Shown piece after piece: positions 19,403 through 29,398 of a stretch of 64,000 bases of DNA. The notes under the pieces were generated by a model. It made no database searches. It saw only the letters and a list, made by a program, of their open reading frames with translations, and was not told where the DNA came from. The DNA is from an uncultured Thermococci archaeon. Its GTDB lineage: Archaea; CAYQAE01; CAYVLA01. A program made the position numbers and the translations under genes. The stretch covers positions 1 to 64,000 of the forward strand of contig CAZJVP010000051.1 of assembly GCA_964549615.1 (NCBI GenBank), written 5' to 3'. Position 1 is the stretch's first letter. Each line of letters opens with the position of its first letter.

Positions 19403-19832
19403 CCTGTGAGGGGGACCGGACCGGCCCAAGCTCGATGATGATCTCCGTCCTCGGATCCCGGAGTCGGTCTACCAGAGCCCTTGAGAGGTCGCAGGCGGCC
19501 TTGTCGGCATGTATGAAGACGGTCCTGGGACAAATGTAGTCGCTTTTCCGGAATACCATCTCGACGGGATCGGTCAGAGGAAGGCTCGGATGGCCGAAGC
19601 CCCTCACCTCCTCCTCGATGCCGGAGGTCCTGATCACGAGCGACATCTCGTTGCCTTGCTGGATCGCCTTCCTTATGCCTTCGGAAAGATCGACGCATCC
19701 CTTTGAGCTGCAGACCCCGATGACGCAGTCTGCCTTCTTGGTGATCTCGGGGGCCTTGGTTATCTCCAGGGTCGTGCGGTGGCGGGACGATATGAGGGGG
19801 TGTCCGCGTGCCGTGAAAACCTCGCGCTGCAT
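19365..19832 (-). CDS. DUF371 domain protein
   Basis: ARGHPLISSRHRTTLEITK, ADCVIGV, RKSDY, ADKAACDL. Confidence 0.88.
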   Translation of the reverse strand: MQREVFTARGHPLISSRHRTTLEITKAPEITKKADCVIGVCSSKGCVDLSEGIRKAIQQGNEMSLVIRTSGIEEEVRGFGHPSLPLTDPVEMVFRKSDYICPRTVFIHADKAACDLSRALVDRLRDPRTEIIIELGPVRSPSQATQPSRRSSSSP

Positions 19833-19866
19833 CAGATATTTCAGACTGCGACCCTGTATTAATTTG

Positions 19867-20529
19867 ATGGCCCATCTCGACCAGCAGAGCAGGCGCCTGA
19901 GGCTGGTTGAAAACCTCGCGTCGGCCGGATACATTGTCTCGCCCAGGGTAAGGAACGCCTTCCTCAGGGTGCCCCGCGAACTATTCGTGGGGCACGGATT
20001 GGCATCGAGCGCCTATGTCGACACCCCTCTTCCGATCGGATGGGGCCAGACCATCTCAGCTCCTTCCATGATCGCGATCATGTTGGAGGAGCTCAAGCTC
20101 GAACCCGGCCTGAAAGTGCTCGAGATAGGGGCTGGCAGTGGCTACAACGCGGCGCTGTTGTACGAGTTGGTTGAACGGAAGGTTTACACGGTCGAGAGGC
20201 TGCCAACGCTCGTGGACCTAGCGAGGTCCAACCTTAAGGCTGCTGGATACGAGGGCAAGGTGCAGGTCATCTGCGGGGACGGGACCAAAGGTTATCCGCC
20301 TGAGAGCCCGTACGACCGAATACTCGTAACGGCGGGTGCACCGCAGATTCCGAAGCCGCTCGTCGACCAGCTTGTAGAGGGCGGCATCATAGGCATACCG
20401 GTTGGGGGGAACCAGTACTTTCAAGAGTTCGTGACCGGGGTCAAGGGGCCGAAGGGACGTCTGGAGACGAGGTCTCACGGGGGCTGCGCGTTCGTCCCGT
20501 TGATCGGGGAACATGGATGGAAGGGATGA
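19867..20529 (+). CDS. pcm: Protein-L-isoaspartate O-methyltransferase
   Basis: GQTISAPSM, VLEIGAGSGY, PYDRILVTAG, FVPLIG. Confidence 0.95.
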   Translation: MAHLDQQSRRLRLVENLASAGYIVSPRVRNAFLRVPRELFVGHGLASSAYVDTPLPIGWGQTISAPSMIAIMLEELKLEPGLKVLEIGAGSGYNAALLYELVERKVYTVERLPTLVDLARSNLKAAGYEGKVQVICGDGTKGYPPESPYDRILVTAGAPQIPKPLVDQLVEGGIIGIPVGGNQYFQEFVTGVKGPKGRLETRSHGGCAFVPLIGEHGWKG

Positions 20530-20532
20530 AGT

Positions 20533-20808
20533 CTGGACAAGATCGTGATCTGGCCCGCGTTCATAGACTCCGAGCTTTCGCGCAGCCAAGGCAGGAGACT
20601 GGCGCGCAGGCTATGCGTCAAGGGTCCCAGCGTTGAGGAAATGCTGGACTCGGCAAGGAGTCTTGGGCTGAAGTGCGAAGTTGCCGCGAAGTCGTTGCCG
20701 AGAAGATGGTACTGCGAGAGCAAGGCCCTCCTCGTGGATGAGAAGCTCCCGAGGGCCGAGGCCATTCGCAGGATAGCGGAGGAGATCCGCCGCCGAAGGT
20801 CAGCGTGA
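20533..20808 (+). CDS. srp19: Signal recognition particle protein SRP19
   Basis: KIVIWPAFIDSELSRSQGRR...P; start CTG 20533 or GTG 20545. Confidence 0.85.
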   Translation: MDKIVIWPAFIDSELSRSQGRRLARRLCVKGPSVEEMLDSARSLGLKCEVAAKSLPRRWYCESKALLVDEKLPRAEAIRRIAEEIRRRRSA

Positions 20809-20863
20809 TGTGGGGCCGCTGGTAGGCCAAGCCTGGCTGGGTCTGGGAGGGCTGTGGAACGCT

Positions 20864-21463
20864 TCAAGGCCGGGAGACGAAGATGTTCCCTGCCAGGTAG
20901 AACCTCAGCGGCATATGCTGGCCCCTCGATAGGCCGATCCTGCTCGTCACCTTCACTTCTAAGGAAACCGCGGGCCCCAGGGTGAAGAAGAGGGTGCCTT
21001 TCGTCAGGTCTAGGCCGTTGTGCCTCGCGTCGATCGCGAAGGCTTGGGTCAGCTTGGCTGGGCCGCTGGTCAGCTCTCGGAGCTTCCGCGTTCTTCTGCG
21101 TTTCATCATCAGTGGGATTCCACTAATGGGCTGCACCGCCCTGATCAATACTGCTCCCGCCTCCCCGGGAGGCTTGGCGACGGCGTTGAAGCAGTGGTGC
21201 ATTCCGTAGGTGAAGTAGACGTAGGCTACCCCGGGCGTGCCGAACATCATGGCGTTCCGAGGAGTTCTGCCCGCGGACGCGTGGCTCCCGGGATCGTCGC
21301 TTCCGAGGTAGGCCTCCGTCTCGACGACCAGGCCGGAGACCTCGCCCTCCGTGCACCTGTGAACAAGTAGCTTGCCGAGCAGCTCGCGCGCCACCTGTTC
21401 CGTGGGCCTCTCGTAGAACGAACGCGGCAGTGGTTCCTCCGTCGAAGCCCGCTTACAAACCAT
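20864..21463 (-). CDS. mpg: DNA-3-methyladenine glycosylase (MPG/AAG)
   Basis: ETEAYLG, YVYFTYGMHHCFN, AVLIRA, GPAKL. Confidence 0.93.
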   Translation of the reverse strand: MVCKRASTEEPLPRSFYERPTEQVARELLGKLLVHRCTEGEVSGLVVETEAYLGSDDPGSHASAGRTPRNAMMFGTPGVAYVYFTYGMHHCFNAVAKPPGEAGAVLIRAVQPISGIPLMMKRRRTRKLRELTSGPAKLTQAFAIDARHNGLDLTKGTLFFTLGPAVSLEVKVTSRIGLSRGQHMPLRFYLAGNIFVSRP

Positions 21464-21943
21464 GCGAGGGATGCCTCCGTTCCTGTCCGGAATTTCTGTC
21501 TGCGGCGGCGACTTTATGGCTGGGCACGGTGCAGCAAAAATCTTTCGCGAGGGGTCCCCTCGCGGGGAGCGTGAGGCCGGACGCCTATCCGGGTCTCGCC
21601 CGCCCAGCTTTGTGGGAAGGGTCCTCTCCGATCCGGGCTTCTGACGGCTGGGATGTGTCCAAGCCTTCCGCTTCCATGTCGGAAAGATGGGTCTGGAACG
21701 CCCTCTGATTTCTTGCCATGCGACAAAGGCCCTCAAGACCAGCTCATCTATGAATGGATCAGCTCTATGCAGGCCCCGCACAGCAGCTATTTGCCCATGC
21801 GCTCAACGTTCCAAAGATGCCTAAAGGGCGCCGAGGCATGGACAGCTTCCTGATGGCGCATCCAGTCCCGGATGCGCCCCTGTGCCTCGAGATCGTCCCG
21901 CGCCGCGCCAAATACTTTAATACGCGTGACGGCATCTTGCTCC

Positions 21944-22660
21944 GTGGGAAGCGAGGACGTCCGAAGACTGTGCAGGATGATGGCCGGCGAAATCGTGATG
22001 TCCGAACGTCTCTGCGAGGCGATTCGGAAGTGGCGGGGGATCTTCGAGGTCTCGCAGGTCGAACTGGCCTGTCACATGGATGTGTCGCCCTCGGTGATCA
22101 GCGACTACGAGTCGGGCAGGAGGCCTTTCCCCAGGGTGGACACCGTCCGAAGGATCGTTCAGTCCCTCGTGGAGATCGACGTGGCGAGGGGGGGCAAGGT
22201 GTTGAAGTCCCTTCGACGCTTGGTGCTTCCCGAGATGCCGCCCGGCGTGCTCTTGGACATGAAGGAGTTCTCAGCGCCGCTGAAGGCTAGGGCGCTGATC
22301 GACCAGATAGGCGGTGAGGTCGTTTTTGGGGAGCACCTCCTCGACAGGGAGATTTTCGGGTATACGGTGATCGACAGCGTCAGGGCGATCGTCGAACTCA
22401 GCAGGGACGACTTCATCAGGTTCTATGGCCTGACATCGGAGAGAGCCTTGGTCTTCACGAGGGTGGCGCTTGGCCGATCTCCCTTCGTGGCCATCAAGGT
22501 TGGGGGCATCAACCCCGGCATCGTGGTTCTCCATGGTGAGGGGCTTCAAAAAGTGGACGAGTTGGGCAGGCGCATTGCGGAATCTGAGAACATACCGTTG
22601 GTGATAGCCAGAGCTCCCACGGTTGAGGAGCTTGTGAAGAGACTTCGCAAGGTCGGTTGA
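21944..22660 (+). CDS. Archaeal XRE-family HTH regulator (COG1709-like)
   Basis: AGEIVMS...KWRGIFEVSQ...SVISDYESGRR, GYTVIDS, GRSPFVAI; TATA about 25 bp upstream. Confidence 0.85.
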   Translation: MGSEDVRRLCRMMAGEIVMSERLCEAIRKWRGIFEVSQVELACHMDVSPSVISDYESGRRPFPRVDTVRRIVQSLVEIDVARGGKVLKSLRRLVLPEMPPGVLLDMKEFSAPLKARALIDQIGGEVVFGEHLLDREIFGYTVIDSVRAIVELSRDDFIRFYGLTSERALVFTRVALGRSPFVAIKVGGINPGIVVLHGEGLQKVDELGRRIAESENIPLVIARAPTVEELVKRLRKVG

Positions 22661-22662
22661 CC

Positions 22663-22770
22663 CTACTCCTCCTCCGCCGGACGGAGGAGAAGCCACGAGT
22701 AGAACATGAGGGCAATCGAAATGAAAATGATCATGAACATTATGATTATTAAAATGCCGGCCATTCTCAT
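22663..22770 (-). CDS. 35-aa single-pass membrane microprotein
   Basis: MRMAGILIIIMFMIIFISIALMFYSWLLLRPAEEE; GGGGTGA RBS and TTTATAT box upstream. Confidence 0.65.
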   Translation of the reverse strand: MRMAGILIIIMFMIIFISIALMFYSWLLLRPAEEE

Positions 22771-22938
22771 TCTTTTTTCACCCCTAATGTCAAGACACAG
22801 TTTTTTCATTGCGACACCGCGGGATTTGGATATAAATGTTATGATGCCCGATGCCCGACGCGTGGCGGCGGAGGGACGCCGGGCCGTCTGCGCGCAGTGG
22901 CTCGGTAAGAGAAAAAAAGGGTCGATCGCTCGGGTCTG

Positions 22939-23601
22939 ATGTTGCCAACCCAGAAGAGACGGGCCATATGGGTGACCCTTGGCCTGATAGCGGCAAACTG
23001 TCTAGTCTTCTGTGTCACGGTCGACGACCGGCTACAGCTCAAGGAGCAAGCATTGCTCCGAGGCGGGTTCACGCCATCCCTCTTCTTTCATGGAGAAGGC
23101 GCGGAATCGCTCCTGACCCACATGTTCCTCCACGCTGACGTCTATCATCTTCTTTCCAACATGCTTGCGCTGCTCTGGCTTGGGGCGGCCTTGGAGTCGA
23201 GGATCGGCAGCCGCTGCTTCCTCGTCGTCTATCTTGGTTGCGGCGTCCTCGCCGCCCTCATCTTCGGCATGTTGGACCCCGGGTCTACCGTCCCCGCTGT
23301 GGGAGCTTCGGCGGCGATCTTCGGTGTGATGGGCAACCTTGCCCTGCTATATCCCACGAGCTTCGTCGTCGTCCTTTTCATCCCGGTGCCCGTCGTTCTC
23401 ATCGCCATACTGTACGCTTTGGCGACGATAAGCGTCCTCCAGGCCGGCTACGCGGGTCCCATCGGGCATCTCGCTCACCTTGCCGGCATGGCTTCGGGAA
23501 TGGGGCTGGCTTTCCTAATGGAGCCGGAGGATGCGCTCAAGGGGCTTGGCATATTCACCCTATGTTTCGTGGCAATAGTGGTCATGATGCAGCTTCTGTA
23601 A
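22939..23601 (+). CDS. Rhomboid family intramembrane serine protease
   Basis: HMFLHA..HL..NM, GASAAIFG, AHLAG. Confidence 0.92.
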   Translation: MLPTQKRRAIWVTLGLIAANCLVFCVTVDDRLQLKEQALLRGGFTPSLFFHGEGAESLLTHMFLHADVYHLLSNMLALLWLGAALESRIGSRCFLVVYLGCGVLAALIFGMLDPGSTVPAVGASAAIFGVMGNLALLYPTSFVVVLFIPVPVVLIAILYALATISVLQAGYAGPIGHLAHLAGMASGMGLAFLMEPEDALKGLGIFTLCFVAIVVMMQLL

Positions 23602-23682
23602 CCCGGCGCGTTGGGCCGCTCGCACCTCGGCAGCGAGCATTTCTCCCAACATATAAGAATCGGGACCTAAGCTGAGCGTGTT

Positions 23683-24621
23683 ATGAAGATACTCGTTACC
23701 GGCGGAGCGGGATTCATAGGTTCAAACCTTGCCAACCTACTAGCAGCAAGGGGCGAAGAGGTGTGGGCGCTCGATGATTACAGCCTGGGCGTCCCTGGGA
23801 ACCTCGACAAGAGAGTCCATGCCCTGAGGGCATCGGTAACCGATCGCGACGCTCTGCTGCGTGCCGCCCAGGGGTCGGATGTGGTCTATCATCTGGCTGC
23901 CAGAAGCAGCGTCACCATGGTCGACGACGATCCCGTCCTCGCTGAGGCGGTCAACGTCGGCGGCTTTCTCAACGTCCTGGAGGCAGCTAGAAAGACCGGC
24001 ATCGGCAGCGTCGTCTACGCTTCAACGAGCAGCATGTATAGCGGGGTTAAGCCCCCGCACAGGGAGGACGCCGTGATCGTGCCGAACACCCTCTACGAAC
24101 AGAACTTCTTGGCTCGGGAGCAAATCGCCTCGGTCTACTACAGAAACTATGGCCTGCGTACGGTGGGGATGCGCTTCTTCAGCGTATACGGTCCCAATGA
24201 GTGGCACAAGGGCAAGTATGCCAACCTGGTCAGCCAGTTCATCTGGGCCATGATGAAGGGGGAGAGGCCCGTCATCTACGGTGATGGAACGCAGACCCGG
24301 GATCTCACCCACGTCCAGGACGTTTGCGAAGCGCTGATCCTAGCTTCCTCTGCAAAGGGTGCTGAGGGCCAAGTCTTCAACGTCTGCACAGGGAAGGCAA
24401 CGAGCCTCAATGATCTCGTCAAGGTGATTGCGGATGAGCTCAAGCTCGACATCGAGCCCGTGTACATCAAGAATCCCTTGAAGAGCTATGTCGCGCACAC
24501 CTTGGGCGATCCTTCCAAGGCGGAGAGGATTCTCGGCTTCAAGGCGAAGATCGACCTACGGACGGGGGTCGCCCGTTTGGTTGCCGAAAACAGGAAACGC
24601 CTAGCCTCCGGCGAAAAGTGA
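23683..24621 (+). CDS. NAD-dependent epimerase/dehydratase
   Basis: TGGAGFIG, ASTSSMY, RFFSVYGP, GDGTQTRD. Confidence 0.92.
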   Translation: MKILVTGGAGFIGSNLANLLAARGEEVWALDDYSLGVPGNLDKRVHALRASVTDRDALLRAAQGSDVVYHLAARSSVTMVDDDPVLAEAVNVGGFLNVLEAARKTGIGSVVYASTSSMYSGVKPPHREDAVIVPNTLYEQNFLAREQIASVYYRNYGLRTVGMRFFSVYGPNEWHKGKYANLVSQFIWAMMKGERPVIYGDGTQTRDLTHVQDVCEALILASSAKGAEGQVFNVCTGKATSLNDLVKVIADELKLDIEPVYIKNPLKSYVAHTLGDPSKAERILGFKAKIDLRTGVARLVAENRKRLASGEK

Positions 24622-25992
24622 CCGGCCTGCCTCCAGGAGCTCATCCGCCTGCTCCTTCGACGGCGCCTCGGCGTAGATCCTCGCGACGGGCTCGGTTCCC
24701 GACGGTCTGACCAACAGCCAGCTGCCGTCCTCGAAGTATAGCTTCAGCCCATCAGTCTTCACGACCTTGCTGACTTTGCGTTTCGCCAACGACTCTAGGT
24801 CCTTTGCGGCCTTGCCAAGCTTCTCGCGGGCTGCCTCGGTCAGAGCAACCTGGGTTCTTTTGGCGACGAAGGGCCCGAACTCCGCGCGAAACCGGTCCAG
24901 CAATCCCACTATGGTGTCCTGTTTCTGAGCAAGGAGTTCCACGATCCTAAGCGATGAGAGGATGCCATCTTTCTCCGGGATGTGGTCCGAGAAACCGAAC
25001 CCGCCCGACTCCTCCCCACCTATCACTGCCTTCTGCTCCAGTAGATACGGTGCTATGTACTTGAACCCGACAGGAACCTCAAAGACGGGAACGTTCAGCT
25101 TGGCGGCCAACGCGTCGATGGCCGACGTCGTTGCCACGGTCCGAACGATCCCTCCCCTCTTCCGGTCCTGCGCCCTCTGGGCGAGGAGGGGGAAAAGCAT
25201 GTTTGGCGAGATGTACTGGCCGTCCGGCCCGACAGCGCTAATCCGGTCGGCGTCACCGTCGGTGGCGAGACCGATCTGCGCACCCGTCTGGGCGACGGCG
25301 TGCTTCAGGTCGCTGAGGTGTTCCTCCGTCGGATCCGGCTGTATGCCGCCGAAATTGGGATCAGGGTCCGAATGTATGGTGATAACATCGACGCCGAAGC
25401 TACGAAGCAGGCGGTCGATGTAGCCCCTCCCCGTTGCATGCATGGGGTCGTACACAACTTTGATATCCGAGGTCGACAGAGCCACGGCTCCCAACATGGC
25501 CCTCACCTGCTCGAAGTACGGCGGAAAGGGGTCGATCCTCGTGATCTCGCCCTTGGCGTTGCGGTCGGGCTTCGGTTGGACCTCCTGGGAAACGAGGCTC
25601 TGTATCCTGCTTGTGATGGCTTCATTCGCGGGGCCCGCGTAGCTCGGGATGAATTTCATTCCGTTCCAGTCGGGAGGGTTGTGGGATGCTGTGATCATAA
25701 TTCCGCCACAGGCCTTCCAGTGCCGAACGGAGAATGCGATGGCTGGCGTCGGAGCGTCCCTTTCAGGCATGAGGACGTGAAATCCAATCGAGGATGCGAT
25801 ATCGGCGACCTTTGAAGCGAAGGCGTCCGAGTCCTTCCTGTTGTCAAAGCCCACTACGAGGCGGTTCTCAGAGGGGACGTAGCCTGCTTCAACGAGGTAT
25901 TGGCATACGGATGATGCCAAGGACTCCACGTTCTGCTCGTTGAAGTCCTCGCCAGTGCGGGCTCGCCACCCGTCTGTGCCGAATGTTATCAT
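24601..25992 (-). CDS. Phosphoglucomutase/phosphomannomutase family protein
   Basis: FGTDG, TASHNP, DGDADR, GGEESGG, RPSGTEP. Confidence 0.95.
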   Translation of the reverse strand: MITFGTDGWRARTGEDFNEQNVESLASSVCQYLVEAGYVPSENRLVVGFDNRKDSDAFASKVADIASSIGFHVLMPERDAPTPAIAFSVRHWKACGGIMITASHNPPDWNGMKFIPSYAGPANEAITSRIQSLVSQEVQPKPDRNAKGEITRIDPFPPYFEQVRAMLGAVALSTSDIKVVYDPMHATGRGYIDRLLRSFGVDVITIHSDPDPNFGGIQPDPTEEHLSDLKHAVAQTGAQIGLATDGDADRISAVGPDGQYISPNMLFPLLAQRAQDRKRGGIVRTVATTSAIDALAAKLNVPVFEVPVGFKYIAPYLLEQKAVIGGEESGGFGFSDHIPEKDGILSSLRIVELLAQKQDTIVGLLDRFRAEFGPFVAKRTQVALTEAAREKLGKAAKDLESLAKRKVSKVVKTDGLKLYFEDGSWLLVRPSGTEPVARIYAEAPSKEQADELLEAGRSLFAGG

Positions 25993-26103
25993 CCGTCGGA
26001 CCGCCCAGACGATTGGGCGGAATGGTCAATAAAAATATGCCGTCTTGGCACCGCGCAGCTTTCTGTCAAGCACCTTTATTAGTCGCCGCGCGGGGGAGAA
26101 TCT

Positions 26104-26706
26104 GTGACATCGCATCTTCTTCTGTCCGCGCTTCCGCTCATGGTCATTCCGAGCGCCTTGTGCGTTAACGGAGACCTTCTGCGGTCCTACCTTCCAGGCG
26201 CCGTTGACGGCTTCCTGCCAGAGGAGGGTCAGTCCATCTTCTGCGTCGCGTCGAACATGACGTACATCTACGACGGTGGCTACCTCACCTATGTAAACCA
26301 GGGGACTGTCATGGCGCTTCAGCAGTTCTACGCCAAAGGGGAGTCCGCCTACTTCTCAGTCACCCTCCACCTCATGAACTCGCGCGAGAACGCCTCCAGG
26401 ATCGTGGGGTATTTCAGGGGCATCCTCTCCAGTTTGCCCACCCTGAGGGATGCCGAGCTGGGCGAAGGCGGATTCGAGTGCTCAGACTCATCGGTGAGCT
26501 ACCTTTACTTCTGGCAAGACCGGCTCTTCGTCGCACTCGAGGGCACCAGGGACTTGTCCATCCAAGCGATGAGGCTGTCCGGCGGCGAGATCCTGCGGAA
26601 GGCGCTGCCGGAGGAATCGTTGTGCGCGGGACTGGGGCTGGGAATCCTTTGCTTGGGTTCCTCTCACCTTTTTCGTCGGGGAGGCGGACATCGGCAAGTG
26701 CCGTGA
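26104..26706 (+). CDS. Secreted hypothetical protein with C-terminal PE-TM-basic tail
   Basis: N-terminal signal-like segment; ends [25 protein letters not shown]. Confidence 0.7.
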   Translation: MTSHLLLSALPLMVIPSALCVNGDLLRSYLPGAVDGFLPEEGQSIFCVASNMTYIYDGGYLTYVNQGTVMALQQFYAKGESAYFSVTLHLMNSRENASRIVGYFRGILSSLPTLRDAELGEGGFECSDSSVSYLYFWQDRLFVALEGTRDLSIQAMRLSGGEILRKALPEESLCAGLGLGILCLGSSHLFRRGGGHRQVP

Positions 26707-26782
26707 TAACATTATCTTCTTGCCGATAGACTTAAGAAGCCCCCTGCCTGAGAGCCAGTTCCGTTTCGATGGAGATGATCGA

Positions 26783-27835
26783 GTGAAGGTCGGGATCACA
26801 GGCTACGGGGCATATGTGCCCAGGTACCGGATAAGGGCGAGGGACATAGCAATCATGTGGGGCCAGGATCCCTCCGCAGTCGAAAGCGGTCTGGGGGTGA
26901 TCGAGAAGGCCGTTCCGGGCATAGACGAGGACACGATCACGATATCGGTCGAGGCCGCGAGGAACGCCTTGAAACGCGCAAGAATCCCGCCGACCGAGAT
27001 CGGAGCGCTCTACATAGGATCGGAGTCGCATCCCTACGCCGTCAAGCCAAGCGGCAGCGTCGTTGCGGCGGCGATCGGGGCAGGGGAGCGCATGACGGCG
27101 GCTGATTACGAGTTTGCCTGCAAGGCGGGCACGGCTGGAATCCAGACCGTGATGGGCCTTGTTGGCTCCGGATCGATAAGATATGGGATGGCGATAGGCG
27201 CAGATACCGCCCAAGGAGCTCCGGGCGATCCTCTGGAGTATAGCGCGGCTGGGGGCGGGGCCGCCTTCGTGATCGGTCCCGATGATGAGAACAACGTCGC
27301 AAGGATCGACCACACGGTATCCATGACGACCGACACGCCTGACTTCTGGAGGAGGGATGGCCAGCCGTATCCAAAGCATGGCGGAAGGTTCACGGGCGAG
27401 CCGGCGTACTTCAAGCACGTCATCGAGACGACGAAGATGATGATGCGGGAGACCGCCACCAAGCCGGCGGATTTCACCTACGCGGTCTTTCACATGCCGA
27501 ACAAGAAGTTCCCGGAACGGGCGGGCAAGACGCTGGGATTTGAGCCCAGGCAGATCGATCCGGGGCTCGTCGTCGAGAGGATCGGCAACACCTACTCCGG
27601 CTCCTCGCTCCTTGGCCTCTGTTCAGTCTTCGACATCGCCAAGCCAGGCGAGAGAATAATCCTGACAAGCTACGGATCAGGGGCCGGCTCGGACAGTTTC
27701 GCGCTGACGGTTCAGCCGGGGATCGAGGAGAAGAGGCCGCTAGCTCCACTGATGCGGGACATCATCAACCGGAAGAAGTACATCGACTATGCCACATACG
27801 CCAAGTACAGGCAGAAGCTCATCTTCGCGGAGTGA
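26783..27835 (+). CDS. Hydroxymethylglutaryl-CoA synthase (archaeal)
   Basis: [36 protein letters not shown]. Confidence 0.95.
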   Translation: MKVGITGYGAYVPRYRIRARDIAIMWGQDPSAVESGLGVIEKAVPGIDEDTITISVEAARNALKRARIPPTEIGALYIGSESHPYAVKPSGSVVAAAIGAGERMTAADYEFACKAGTAGIQTVMGLVGSGSIRYGMAIGADTAQGAPGDPLEYSAAGGGAAFVIGPDDENNVARIDHTVSMTTDTPDFWRRDGQPYPKHGGRFTGEPAYFKHVIETTKMMMRETATKPADFTYAVFHMPNKKFPERAGKTLGFEPRQIDPGLVVERIGNTYSGSSLLGLCSVFDIAKPGERIILTSYGSGAGSDSFALTVQPGIEEKRPLAPLMRDIINRKKYIDYATYAKYRQKLIFAE

Positions 27836-27840
27836 TTCGC

Positions 27841-28998
27841 ATGAGGAAGGTCGCAATCATTGGAGTTGGAATGACGGACTTCGGCGAGCTCTGGGACCGA
27901 TCTCTGCGTGACCTCACGGTCCAGGCGGGGCTTGAGGCCATTAGGGATTCAGGCCTTCCGGGACAGGAGATAGACGCGCTCTATGCTGGGTGCATGTCCA
28001 GCGGGATCTTCATCCAGCAGGAGCACATAGCCAGCTTGCTTGCAGACTACTGCGGCCTGGTGCCCAAGGCTGCGACCCGCGTCGAGGGAGCCTGCGCATC
28101 CGGCGGGATCGCGCTTCGCCAAGCGGTCATGGCTGTGGCGTCCGGCATGCACGACGTCGTGGTGGCTGGAGGAGTGGAGAAAATGACCGACATCCTCACC
28201 GAACAGACCACGATGGCGCTCGCGTGCGCAGCGGACCGGGAGTGGGAAGCATTCCAAGGCGTGACCTTCCCGGGCCTCTACGCCATGATAGCCCGAAGGC
28301 ACATGCACGACTACGGAACCACCGAGGAGCAACTTTCGCTCGTTGCGGTCAAGAACCACGACAACGGCTCCAAGAACCCCCACGCTCAGTACCGTCGCCC
28401 GGTGACGCTCGAACAGGTCATGAACAGCTCTCTCATAGCCGATCCCATCCGCTTGCTCCACTGCTCCCCGATAAGCGACGGAGCGGCAGCGGTGGTCGTG
28501 GCCTCGGAGGAGAAGGCGAAGCAAGCCACGTCCGAGCCGATATGGGTCATCGGGTCAGGTCAGGCCTCCGACACCATAGCTCTCCACGACAGGAAGGATA
28601 TCACAACAATGAACGCGACGGTCGTGGCTGCGAGAGAGGCTCTCAAGATGGCCGGAATCACCCAGAAGGATGTGGACCTCGTTGAGGTCCACGACTGCTT
28701 CACCATAGCGGAGATCCTGGCCATCGAGGACCTTGGCTTCTTCAAGAAAGGCGAAGGAGGCCCGGCTACGGAGCAGGGTTTGACCGCGCTTAACAGCGAG
28801 ATCTCCGTCAACCCGAGTGGGGGCCTGAAATCCAAGGGCCATCCCGTCGGTGCCACCGGGATAGCCCAGGTGGTGGAGGTTGTTCTGCAGCTTCGCGGAC
28901 AGGCTGGGGCCAGACAGGTGAAAGACGCGGAGATCGGAATGACGCACAACGTTGGTGGCTCAGGCGGGACGTGCGTGACGCACATACTGAGCAGGTGA
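27841..28998 (+). CDS. Acetyl-CoA acetyltransferase (thiolase)
   Basis: [29 protein letters not shown]. Confidence 0.95.
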   Translation: MRKVAIIGVGMTDFGELWDRSLRDLTVQAGLEAIRDSGLPGQEIDALYAGCMSSGIFIQQEHIASLLADYCGLVPKAATRVEGACASGGIALRQAVMAVASGMHDVVVAGGVEKMTDILTEQTTMALACAADREWEAFQGVTFPGLYAMIARRHMHDYGTTEEQLSLVAVKNHDNGSKNPHAQYRRPVTLEQVMNSSLIADPIRLLHCSPISDGAAAVVVASEEKAKQATSEPIWVIGSGQASDTIALHDRKDITTMNATVVAAREALKMAGITQKDVDLVEVHDCFTIAEILAIEDLGFFKKGEGGPATEQGLTALNSEISVNPSGGLKSKGHPVGATGIAQVVEVVLQLRGQAGARQVKDAEIGMTHNVGGSGGTCVTHILSR

Positions 28999-29002
28999 TT
29001 GG

Positions 29003-29398
29003 ATGGGAGTTCCTAGGTTCTGGAGGGAGATTCCATACAGATATCAGCTGATCGGCACGAAGTGCTCGACATGCGGCACTTGCTTCTTCCCGCCCAGATG
29101 GCTATGCCCGAACTGCCGTGGGGCAGGGAAGGTGGAGGAGACGAGGCTTTCGGGCGGAGGCGAGGTTCTGACCTACACCGTCGTGCGGGTTCCGCCAGAG
29201 GGCTTCGAGAGGCAGGCTCCCTATGTTGTTGGGATAATCAAGTTGGACGAGGGCCCCAGAATAACCTCCCAGATAGTGGACTGCGAACCCGAGGACGTGA
29301 AGATAGGTTCCAGGGTGAGGGCCGTCTTCCGGAAGATCGACGAGGAAGGCCCGGCGGGAGCCATTCACTACGGTTACAAGTTCATCCTTGAGCAGTGA
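29003..29398 (+). CDS. DUF35 Zn-ribbon/OB-fold scaffold protein
   Basis: CxxCG...FPPR..CxxC, IHYGYKF. Confidence 0.93.
   Translation: MGVPRFWREIPYRYQLIGTKCSTCGTCFFPPRWLCPNCRGAGKVEETRLSGGGEVLTYTVVRVPPEGFERQAPYVVGIIKLDEGPRITSQIVDCEPEDVKIGSRVRAVFRKIDEEGPAGAIHYGYKFILEQ

Noticed and set aside
21464-21900. RNase P or SRP RNA in the large spacer
   Set aside because: Could not find the RNase P GAGGAA..UCC/ACAGAA pair or the SRP helix-8 motif on either strand
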